From the NCBI RefSeq assembly GCF_020969955.1, contig NZ_JAHDSX010000035.1:1-24709 (forward strand): a stretch of 24,709 bases of DNA. The letters are read 5' to 3'. The first letter of the stretch is position 1; every line of letters begins with the position of its first letter. A program made the position numbers and the translations under genes. Source of the DNA: Allobaculum fili. Its GTDB lineage: Bacteria; Bacillota_I; Bacilli_A; Erysipelotrichales; Erysipelotrichaceae. Shown here in pieces: positions 7,442 through 15,277 of this stretch. The notes beneath the pieces are model-generated. The model ran no database searches and had not been told where the DNA came from. It saw only the letters and a program-made list of their open reading frames with translations.

Positions 7442-9311
7442 CGCAGCGCACGGACGTCCAAAAAATCTCAACGGACTCAAACGCATCATGGCGATGATCT
7501 GGAAAAGCTACAAATGGCAGCTGATCATCATCGCTGTGCTTATTCTCTGCTCTTCCTTAGTCAACGTATACGGCAGCACGTTCCAGCAGCCGCTCATTGA
7601 CGACTACATTCTCCCGATGGTCCAGAGCGGATCGAAGGACTTCACCCCGCTGACGATGGCGCTGAGTCAGCTGGCCATGATTTATCTGCTTGGCGTCGCT
7701 GCCACCTACACATGGAACCGCATGATGGTCAAAGTCAGCCTTGGCACCCTGAATAATGTGCGTGAAGATCTGTTCAGGCACATGCAGTCGCTGCCGCTTC
7801 GCTATTTTGACACCCACGCGCACGGCGACATCATGTCGGTATACACCAACGATACCGATACGCTGCGTCAGCTCATTTCTCAGTCGCTGCCGCAGGTGTT
7901 CTCCTCGGGCATGACGATTCTCATGGTTCTTATTTCCATGATCCGCCTTTCCTGGGTACTCGCTCTGCTGACGGTTCTCTTCTCGGTCGGCATGATGCTC
8001 GTTGCCCGTATCATCACCCGCTCTTCGGGCCGCTACTTCCGCGAGCAGCAGGTGCAGCTTGGTAAAGCCAACGGCTATATCGAGGAAATGATCGAGGGCG
8101 CCCGCGTTGTCAAAGTGTTCTCCCACGAAAAGCAGGTCGTAAACGACTTCGACAAGATCAACGACGATCTCTGTCAGGCATCGACCAACGCGAACACCTT
8201 CGCCAACATTCTGATGCCGATCTGCGCCAACATCAGCTACATCTCCTATGTTGCCTGTGCACTGGCCGGATCCTACTTCGCCATCAACGGCATGTTCGGC
8301 ATGACGCTCGGTACCATTTCGGCGATGCTGACGCTGAACCGTTCCTTCAACAACCCGATTACCCAGATTTCCCAGCAGATCAACTCTGTGGTTATGGCAC
8401 AGGCCGGCGCATCCCGTATTTTCGAACTGATGGATGAGCCTTCCGAAACCGACCACGGTGTCGTTACCCTCGTCCGTGCGAAAAAAGTCGACGGCAAGTG
8501 GCAGGAATGCAAGGAATATACCGGCCACTGGTGCTGGAAGCACCCGCGTAAAAACGGCGGCTACCAGCTCGTGGAAATGAAGGGCGACGTCATCTTCGAC
8601 GATGTCACCTTCGGCTACACCCCGGAAAAAACCGTTCTGCACGACATTTCGCTCTACGCGCATGCCGGTCAGAAAATCGCCTTTGTCGGCGCGACGGGCG
8701 CCGGCAAGACGACGATCACCAACCTGATCAACCGGTTCTACGACATCAACCAGGGAACGATCACGTACGACGGCATCAACATCGAACTGATCGAAAAGCC
8801 GGACCTGCGCCGCTCCCTTGGCATCGTTCTGCAGGATACGCAGCTGTTCTCTGGAACGATTATGGACAACATCCGCTTTGGCAAGCTTGACGCGAGCGAT
8901 GAAGAATGCATTGCCGCCGCCAAACTCGCCAACGCCGATTCGTTCATCAACCATCTCGAAAACGGCTACCAGACGTACATTCACGCCAACGGCGATTCCC
9001 TTTCCCAGGGTCAGCGCCAGCTGCTCGCCATTGCCCGTGCTGCCGTCGCCAACCCGCCGGTTCTGATTCTCGATGAAGCGACCAGCTCGATCGATACCCG
9101 TACCGAACGTCTTGTTCAGAACGGCATGGACGAGCTGATGAAAGGCCGTACGGTTTTCGTTATCGCGCACCGTCTGTCCACGATCATGAACTCCGACGCG
9201 ATCATGGTTCTCGATCAGGGACGCATCATCGAACGCGGAAACCACGAAAGCCTGCTCGCCAAAAAAGGCGTGTACTACCAGCTGTACACCGGCGCGCTCG
9301 AAATGGACTAA
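7413..9311 (+). CDS. ABC exporter half-transporter (TMD-NBD), consensus-site subunit, 632 aa
   Basis: ATG at 7413, with AAAGGAGG 8 nt upstream. It overlaps the previous gene by 29 nt. Motifs: Walker A GATGAGKTT, Walker B VLILDEATSSID, H-loop VIAHRLS and a non-canonical signature LSQGQRQL. An insertion of about 40 aa (..VRAKKVDGKWQECKEYTGHWCWKHPRKNGGYQLVEMKG..) precedes the NBD. Confidence 0.93.
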   Translation: MPAPMRPQSNAAHGRPKNLNGLKRIMAMIWKSYKWQLIIIAVLILCSSLVNVYGSTFQQPLIDDYILPMVQSGSKDFTPLTMALSQLAMIYLLGVAATYTWNRMMVKVSLGTLNNVREDLFRHMQSLPLRYFDTHAHGDIMSVYTNDTDTLRQLISQSLPQVFSSGMTILMVLISMIRLSWVLALLTVLFSVGMMLVARIITRSSGRYFREQQVQLGKANGYIEEMIEGARVVKVFSHEKQVVNDFDKINDDLCQASTNANTFANILMPICANISYISYVACALAGSYFAINGMFGMTLGTISAMLTLNRSFNNPITQISQQINSVVMAQAGASRIFELMDEPSETDHGVVTLVRAKKVDGKWQECKEYTGHWCWKHPRKNGGYQLVEMKGDVIFDDVTFGYTPEKTVLHDISLYAHAGQKIAFVGATGAGKTTITNLINRFYDINQGTITYDGINIELIEKPDLRRSLGIVLQDTQLFSGTIMDNIRFGKLDASDEECIAAAKLANADSFINHLENGYQTYIHANGDSLSQGQRQLLAIARAAVANPPVLILDEATSSIDTRTERLVQNGMDELMKGRTVFVIAHRLSTIMNSDAIMVLDQGRIIERGNHESLLAKKGVYYQLYTGALEMD

Positions 9312-9374
9312 TCCGTTTCTCCTTTGAATCTTCTTTCTTTCGATCGATATCTTTTTCATCCCGGTTGAAAGTCG

Positions 9375-9404
9375 GCCTGTCGCCCTGTGGCGGCAGGCTT
9401 TTTT
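9375..9404 (+). terminator. Rho-independent terminator of the marR-ABC operon
   Basis: gcctgtcgcc (9375-9384) pairs with ggcggcaggc (9389-9398), including one G-U pair, around the loop ctgt. It is followed by tttttt (9399-9404). Confidence 0.8.
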
Positions 9405-9662
9405 GTATGGTCCGCTCTCGATCGAACCGGAGCATTGTCTTGCCGGCTCTCTGCCGAATTGACGCTCTGCCCTGCCGGTTCTCTGGTTTGCCGTGCTTTG
9501 GTTTGTCGAGGTTCTGCTTTTTCGATTTTGGGATGGACGATCGCCTGCCGGCAAGTCAGCACACAAAAAAACGGATCCGCACCGGGATCTTTGGAAGTTT
9601 CCCGGGCGAATCCGCCGTTTCTGCATTGAATTTTCGAGTGTTTCGGATTGGCTTGGACTGAA

Positions 9663-11833
9663 CTAGTGAACGCCGTACCAGCCGATGCCTTCGGCGTTCC
9701 AGCCGTTAGCGGCCAGGTAATTGCGTTCGTGCTCGTCGGTCGTGTAGTGATGCGATCCGGTGCCTTTTGCGTTCGGGTTATACAGACGATAGAGCGGTAC
9801 GCTCTGGCTGTCATCGGAATATCAGCCGATGCCCTCGTCTTTCCAGCCAAACTTAATGAGCTGGTCGCGCTCTCTGGCGTCCATCGTGCAGTGATGGTCG
9901 CCCGCATTCGCGTTGTAGAGACGGTAAACCGGATGCTGAGAAGAAAGCGGCGCAATCCAGCCGATGCCTTCATCTTTCCAGCCCACACTGAGCAGATAGT
10001 TCTGTTCGCGCGTACCGGCGGTATAGAAATGCTCGCCGGAGTTTGGATTGTACAGACGGTACATGATCCGTTTGGTCGCCGGCCGGCTTGTGCCGTTTGT
10101 GCGGATGGTAAAGGTCGCATTTTTCGAACCTTCGTAATAGCCGATGCCGGTTACGGTAACGGTCGCGGTTCCCGCTTCGATGTTATTGGAATAGCTCAGC
10201 GTGTAATCCACATTGAGCGTCAGTTCCTGGCCATCAAGGCGAACGACTAGCTGCAGCGTCAGGGGCTGACCGGTATACGTCTGCGCGGGGATGGAATCGA
10301 TCTGCGCGTCGGCCAGATTGCCTTTTGTCGCCGTGCTGCGGTATTTGACACTGGCATGGTCGCCAAAGTCGATGCCATTGAGGCAGGCAGTTCCAGACTG
10401 GTCAGATGCGTCGAGTAAAAGGCGCCTGGGCCAATTGCGGTTACGCCTGCGGGAATTGTGCAGGAACCGCTGCGGCCTGCTGGAAACTGAACGAGCGTTT
10501 TTCCGTCTTTTGAATAGAGAACGCCGTCGATGTCCGTATAGTTTGCATTGGCGGGATCCACGTAAATGTTCTGAAGGCCTTCTGCATAGGAGAACGTACC
10601 CGAGCGGACGCCCTGGTCGGTCGTATGAATGGACGTGATCGTCTGGATCGACGCCGGAATATGCACGGTGTTTATTCTCTTATCAAAGACCCTCTCGCCC
10701 AGAGCGGTTACGGGGTGGCCGTTTCGTTCGGTTGGAATCTTCACATCGGTATCAAACGCGTCGTACTGATACAGCGTATTCGTCTGGGTACTGCGGTCGA
10801 ACGAATAGAAATAGCCGTCGCTGGGAAGAATGGAATAATGGCGCGGCGCTTTTCCGTCATTACCGGCATCCGCAACAAAATAACGGTCCTCGATTTAGGC
10901 GATGCCGTTGCGGTATCCGCTTAAGGCGCCGGGATCCCGGTTGGCATTGCGCACGCGCGCTTCGATTCCATAATCTTCAAAGACTTTCTGAATCCTATAC
11001 GAACTGGCCCAGCAGTCGCCGCTGCCGACCAGAATCATGCTCTTCCAGTCGGACGCCTTGCCGCTGTAGTCGAAGCTGGCGGCGAGTTTGCAGGCGCCTT
11101 CCAGCACCTGATACGGCGTTGCCCCGGCTGGAATATATTCCTTTATCAGCTCTTCCAGACGCTGCGGCGCATAGACGTCATCGGCGTAGTTCAGGACGTT
11201 AAACGTAAAGTCCTGCGTACTGCCGTCGTTTTGCGTAACGCGAACAGTCGTCCTTCCGGTTTCATACTGGGTACGCGTTTTTGTCGCCCCGGTAATGGGC
11301 CCGCTCGTCCAGAAAATACCGGACCAGTACCAGACGGTTCCTTTCGGCTTGACCAGACCGGTCGAACTGATTTCCACGTTCGGGTTCCAGGAATTAGGAG
11401 ACACAAACGAGTAGGTGCCTGCGGGCAGCTGGAAGGACGTGGCGAGATTTTGCGGAATCTGCACGAAGCCTGCCTGCGTGGAATCGAGCGCATACAGGTT
11501 GATGTCCTGCGCCTGCGCTTCCGGTGTGCTGTCCGCTGGCGCTTTCGGCGCACTTTCCGGGATCGTTTCCGGATCGAGCGTGGTGGCCGGCGTACTTTCC
11601 GGAATTGTTTCCGGATCGGTCGCTGTATCCGGCATCATTTCCTGCTCGCTGTCCAGGACAGATTCTGGATCGGACGCCGTTTCCGGTGTGCTTTCCGGCA
11701 TGGTCTGCGGATCCGATGCGGTAGCCTGCGTGCTTTCATGCATCGCTTCGTCAGCCCAGACAAGCAGCGCCGGCATGGCACTCAGGCCAAGCGCTGAGCA
11801 CAGAGCGATCGACAGAAGAAATCGTTTTGACAA
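9663..11833 (-). pseudogene. Disrupted multidomain surface protein of about 723 codons
   Basis: Domain order: signal peptide, Pro/Thr/Glu repeats, transglutaminase-like Cys core, BspA-type LRR, Ig-like module, three YRLYNPN (DUF5648-like) repeats. The start is TTG at 11833, preceded by aagggggat, giving (M)SKRFLLSIALCSALGLSAMPALLVWA/DEA. Track ORFs 10895..12010 and 10259..10744 are in the same frame and are separated only by TAA at 10895-10897. Reading then continues in the -1 frame from about 10385 (..HLTSLELPA / CLNGIDFGDHASVKY..), which joins ORF 9822..10211. TGA at 9822-9824 replaces the Trp of the conserved EGIGW motif. The frame then continues YSDDSQSVPLYRLYNPNAKGTGSHHYTTDEHERNYLAANGWNAEGIGWYGVH to TAG at 9663-9665. 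The total length of 2171 nt is not divisible by 3. Confidence 0.8.
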
Positions 11834-11900
11834 GATATATCCCCCTTTTCTTATCGGTGTCGGATTGATTTCTTCTCTTTTCGGCAATATTTTGCCGAAG

Positions 11901-11932
11901 CAAAACCCGATGGATCTCCATCGGGCTTTTTT
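11901..11932. terminator. Bidirectional terminator-like hairpin between the two surface-protein genes
   Basis: cccgatgg (11906-11913) pairs with ccatcggg (11918-11925) around the loop atct. It is flanked by caaaa upstream and cttttttc downstream. A second hairpin lies alongside: ttcggcaa (11879-11886) / ttgccgaa (11891-11898). Confidence 0.6.
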
Positions 11933-12133
11933 CTTTAGTATGCACGCTGACCATAAACATGGATGCGGATGTTTTTTTGTACCGCTTGCTTTGTTTATCC
12001 ATCTAACCAATCATATTTTGTATACAACGAACATATATAGGAACTCTATGCATTCCGTGCACGTCTGTGCATTTCCTGTTCCTCGATACCGTTCTGTATG
12101 CAGATCGGGTTTTCCGAACCGGCTGGATGCTCT

Positions 12134-15019
12134 TCAGGCCCAGTCGGGAATGGACTGGCCGAGATTCATGTTCGCCTTCATCCAGCCATACACCAGCGGA
12201 GAAACCTGTCCCATCAGATTCTGACCGGAAGCGGCACTTGGCAGATCGTCGCAGAGCATTGTAATCACGTATGTGCCAAAGGGGGCGTCAACAAGCACCG
12301 TATCGTTCTGGCAGAAATCGAGCCAGCCGGGCTTGTTGGCGGTTCTCGCTTCGGAGGGAATGCCGTTGAGCAGACGACCGGGGACGGCCTGCGTCTGCAG
12401 CAGGGTTTTCATGCGTCTGGAGTTTTTCAGACGGCCTTCCTGAATGTCGCACAACATCTGCGAGGCATCTTTTGCAGAAGTGAAGTTGCCGTACGGACGG
12501 CCTGACATGTACGTGTCACTGTAGCCGTGCGCCCGGTTCCAGGCGTTGAGCACCTGAATGCCGGCCGAATAACTGCCGCCGCCCAGGACGCTCACCAGAT
12601 ACACCCAGGCATCGTTGCTGGAAACGGAAATCATGACCGAAAGCTGCTGTTCGAGGCGCATCGGCGTCGCAAACGCGGCGTATCGTTCGTAGTTTTCAAA
12701 AATGGCGCCCATCACAAACATCTTCATGACGCTTGCCGACTGCTGGGAATGAGAATTCACCACAATTTTTTCATCTCGTCCGGGCACGCGAACCGCAAAG
12801 GAAATTTCAGCGTTTCGTGCGGAACTGTTCGCAATCGTCTGCTCGATTTGGCGCTGGAGATCTTCAAAGTCGGGCATCAGTGCACCCGTCGCGTCATCAA
12901 AGCGGCACATATGGCCCTTGATGTTTCTGCGTCCGGAAACGCGCCAGCCGTTTTCGTCGTACCAGCAAACCTTTTTCGGATTTCCGTACTGCACAAAGGA
13001 ATTTTTCACACGGTGGCCGTCACTGAGATCATAAAAAGCGATTCCGCCGCTTTTCTGCACTTCGCCAGTCACCATTTTTCCATCCGATCCAAACTGAAAT
13101 TCATGGACCTGATCGTTCAAGGTTAACGTCTGTTCGCCGGTAAGCATGCGTCCTCCCTGGCTTTCGTCAAAGCAATAGCGATCCCCAAAAATCGAAGTAA
13201 AGCCATACAGTGGCTGATCGTCGGGATCAAAGGCGGTAATGAAAGACGGATCGTCTGGATCCTTCACAAACGAATACAGATTGAGCGCGTTCCAGCTGCC
13301 GTTTTCTTCTTCCCAGCCAAATTCCACCAGCCGCTCTTTTTCCCTTCGATCGAGCGTGAAATGATGCGAGCCGGTTTTCGCGTTGGGATTGTAGAGCCGC
13401 AGCACGGGCTGCTGATTGATTTCAGCGGAATAAAAGGCGATGTTTTCATCTTTCCAGCCCATCGAAAGGAGCGCCTGCCGCTCGTTTGGACTGCACGTAT
13501 AGTGATGCTCGCCATTCGCGCTCTGATACAGACGATACACGGGTGTATTCGAAGAGACCGGCTGCAAAAAGCGCACGCCCTCATCTTTCCAGCCCTGCTT
13601 GACCAGGCCTGCGATTTCCTTGGGATCGGCGGTGTAAAAGTGTTCGCCGCTGTTCGGATTGTAAACCGAAGAAACGGATACGTGCTCCTGTTTTTTCAGC
13701 GCGCTCTGGACAATTTCGTATTCGGCAATCGCGTCCTGAATCAGCGTATTGCTGCAGGTTTCATTCCACTGTACGAGAACCTCCGGATTTTCGCGATACG
13801 TTTCGAGTTCCTGCTTGCGGCGCAGAAGAGTGTGCCGTACCGGATTTTCATCCCAGCCAAACGTGTTCCAGACAATGCCCTCAGCACTGGCCTGACCAAC
13901 TTTCGGATAAACAAAGACGCGTCCCGAAACGGCCCGACCGTTTTCGTCAAACCAGAACTCGCTGCCGTTTTCATCCTGTTCCAGAGTATTTCGGTGCATC
14001 GAACCGGTTTCGAGATCGAAGAAATAGCGATCGTTCTCAACTTGCGCAAAGCCGAGAAGCTGACGGCCGTCGGGCATGGAATACCTATCGGGCTGTCCGT
14101 TTTCTTCGATCCATCCGGTTTGAAGAACGCCGGTTTCATCGAATTCGTACCAGTCGTCGTAAAGGCCGACACGCCCTTTGAGTTCGTTCTGATCTGAATC
14201 AAAGCCGTGGATTTCCCCGTTATCGTTTCGCGCGAAATCGTAATCGCTGATCGCGAAAAAGGCAGTTCCTTCCGCTTTCCAGCCGGCCTGAATCAGCGCA
14301 TTGTGCTCCTTGAGTGAGAGCGTATAGTGATGCGATCCGGATCGGGCGTTGGGATTGTACAGACGATACACCGTACGGCCGTATTCGCTTTCCGAATAAA
14401 AGGCGATTCCCTCATCTTTCCAGCCCGCCTGAACCAGACCGTTTCTCTCGTTTTCGCTTTTCGTGTAGTGATGATCGGAGGCGTTGGGATTGTACAGCCG
14501 GTACACCGGTTCGCCATCTTCCACAGGCGTACTCCAGGCGGTATCTTCGTCTTTCCAGCCGGAGGAAATCAGCACTTCGCGCTCTTTGGCCGAACTGGTA
14601 TAAAAATGTTCCCCGCTGTTCGGGTTATACAGACGATACAGAACGCAGCCATCCTTCTGGGAGGTCAGCCACGTCCAGTTCGTCTGAACATCGGCTGGAG
14701 AAGCTTCATCCAAGCCTTCGGTGTCGGTATTTTCATCCGCTTGTTCACCCTTTTGTTGAGGCACTTCTTCGGACGCTTTTTCTTCTGACTTTCCGCTTTC
14801 CTGTGTATTGGAAGCAAAACCATTGTCTGTGCTTTCTTCTGAATCCGTGGTTTTCTTTTCCACTGGCCGCTTCGGCATGGCGGGCATCGGCCTGGACGTT
14901 TCGGTCTGGATTGCCGGGTCTTCTTTCGCCTGCAGCATCAGGATGCTCGAGCTGATCGTACAGGCGCAAAGCAGCGCAAGCGCGGTGTGCATTTGTTTTT
15001 TTGTACTGGATCGATTCAT
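12134..15019 (-). CDS. Secreted repeat-rich surface protein with a C-terminal class-A beta-lactamase-like serine hydrolase domain, 961 aa
   Basis: ATG at 15019, with ggggaa 6 nt upstream. The signal peptide is MNRSSTKKQMHTALALLCACTISSSILMLQA. Two cassettes follow, each with three YRLYNPNxGxHxYT...GW.DEG repeats plus choline/cell-wall-binding-type repeats (FWFDENGRAVSG, VCWYDENGWRVSG and similar). The C-terminal 240 aa or so carry SxxK (SVMK), SxN (SSN) and KxG (KPG) motifs in the class-A order. The gene ends in TGA. Confidence 0.85.
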   Translation of the reverse strand: MNRSSTKKQMHTALALLCACTISSSILMLQAKEDPAIQTETSRPMPAMPKRPVEKKTTDSEESTDNGFASNTQESGKSEEKASEEVPQQKGEQADENTDTEGLDEASPADVQTNWTWLTSQKDGCVLYRLYNPNSGEHFYTSSAKEREVLISSGWKDEDTAWSTPVEDGEPVYRLYNPNASDHHYTKSENERNGLVQAGWKDEGIAFYSESEYGRTVYRLYNPNARSGSHHYTLSLKEHNALIQAGWKAEGTAFFAISDYDFARNDNGEIHGFDSDQNELKGRVGLYDDWYEFDETGVLQTGWIEENGQPDRYSMPDGRQLLGFAQVENDRYFFDLETGSMHRNTLEQDENGSEFWFDENGRAVSGRVFVYPKVGQASAEGIVWNTFGWDENPVRHTLLRRKQELETYRENPEVLVQWNETCSNTLIQDAIAEYEIVQSALKKQEHVSVSSVYNPNSGEHFYTADPKEIAGLVKQGWKDEGVRFLQPVSSNTPVYRLYQSANGEHHYTCSPNERQALLSMGWKDENIAFYSAEINQQPVLRLYNPNAKTGSHHFTLDRREKERLVEFGWEEENGSWNALNLYSFVKDPDDPSFITAFDPDDQPLYGFTSIFGDRYCFDESQGGRMLTGEQTLTLNDQVHEFQFGSDGKMVTGEVQKSGGIAFYDLSDGHRVKNSFVQYGNPKKVCWYDENGWRVSGRRNIKGHMCRFDDATGALMPDFEDLQRQIEQTIANSSARNAEISFAVRVPGRDEKIVVNSHSQQSASVMKMFVMGAIFENYERYAAFATPMRLEQQLSVMISVSSNDAWVYLVSVLGGGSYSAGIQVLNAWNRAHGYSDTYMSGRPYGNFTSAKDASQMLCDIQEGRLKNSRRMKTLLQTQAVPGRLLNGIPSEARTANKPGWLDFCQNDTVLVDAPFGTYVITMLCDDLPSAASGQNLMGQVSPLVYGWMKANMNLGQSIPDWA

Positions 15020-15054
15020 TGTTTTCCCCTTTTTCTCTTTCGTGAATCGGTTCC

Positions 15055-15226
15055 AAACCAGACGGCCCGCTTTATACAGTCCCGGTCTGGTTTTCTTTTG
15101 TCCATATCCTGTCAACGGTGCAATCTGGACACAACCGTTGTCAGTTTATCGTCTGGTTTGCACAAACAAAAGACTTGTTTTGTACAGACCTTCAAAACCA
15201 GGCCGGATCGGAGCGTTGTCTGGTTT
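15055..15226. promoter_or_regulatory. Array of four copies of the 9-mer GTCTGGTTT in the divergent intergenic region
   Basis: One inverted copy, aaaccagac, lies at 15055-15063. Direct copies lie at 15085-15093, 15151-15159 and 15218-15226, spaced 66 and 67 bp apart. There is also an 11/12 inverted repeat, ctgtcaacggt (15109-15119) / accgttgtcag (15134-15144). The last 9-mer copy overlaps a TTGACA at 15225-15230. Confidence 0.55.
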
Positions 15227-15277
15227 GACATCTGCCCGGGATCGTTCGTTTTTTCGTATATCGGTTCTGGAGGATGT

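Noticed and set aside
7557-9626. 689-aa ORF on the minus strand opposite ABC subunit 2. Similar ORFs are 6305..7489 (394 aa) opposite subunit 1, and 8273..8512 and 8738..8950.
   Set aside because: It is in exact antisense codon register with a gene that has unmistakable ABC motifs. The translation is Arg/Gly/Val/Asp-rich low-information sequence with no RBS. It stays open only because the sense strand avoids TTA/CTA/TCA codons.
9405-9662. ORFs 9365..9661 and 9387..9629 (+), and 9356..10120 (-), between the ABC terminator and the pseudogene end.
   Set aside because: They give Cys/Arg/Phe-rich translations and lack an RBS. The minus-strand ORF is out of frame with the clearly recognisable YRLYNPN repeats that occupy the same DNA.
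9822-9824. In-frame TGA at a conserved Trp position, which could indicate genetic code 4/25 (TGA = Trp or Gly) or programmed read-through.
   Set aside because: TGA terminates rlmD (2648), the 961-aa surface protein (12134) and the ArdC-like gene (16199-16201) at sensible C-termini. No other gene in the window is split by TGA. The same gene also carries an in-frame TAA and a frameshift. A nonsense mutation is the simplest explanation.
13361-14197. 278-aa plus-strand ORF, with 12527..13126, 14314..14955 and 14327..14788, opposite the 961-aa surface protein. Also 15146..15886 opposite the ArdC-like gene, and 244..891, 2606..3250 and 3314..3922 opposite other genes.
   Set aside because: All are antisense shadows of well-supported genes. 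None has a convincing start context or a domain signature.
15020-15115. N-terminal extensions offered by the ORF track: 15115 for the surface hydrolase, 14987 for the ArdC-like gene, 12010 for the pseudogene, 1359 for the adhesin-like gene and 24185 for GH2.
   Set aside because: In each case an internal start with a proper GGAGG-type RBS immediately precedes a canonical signal peptide or the first conserved domain residue. The upstream extensions are basic, low-complexity read-through of intergenic DNA.
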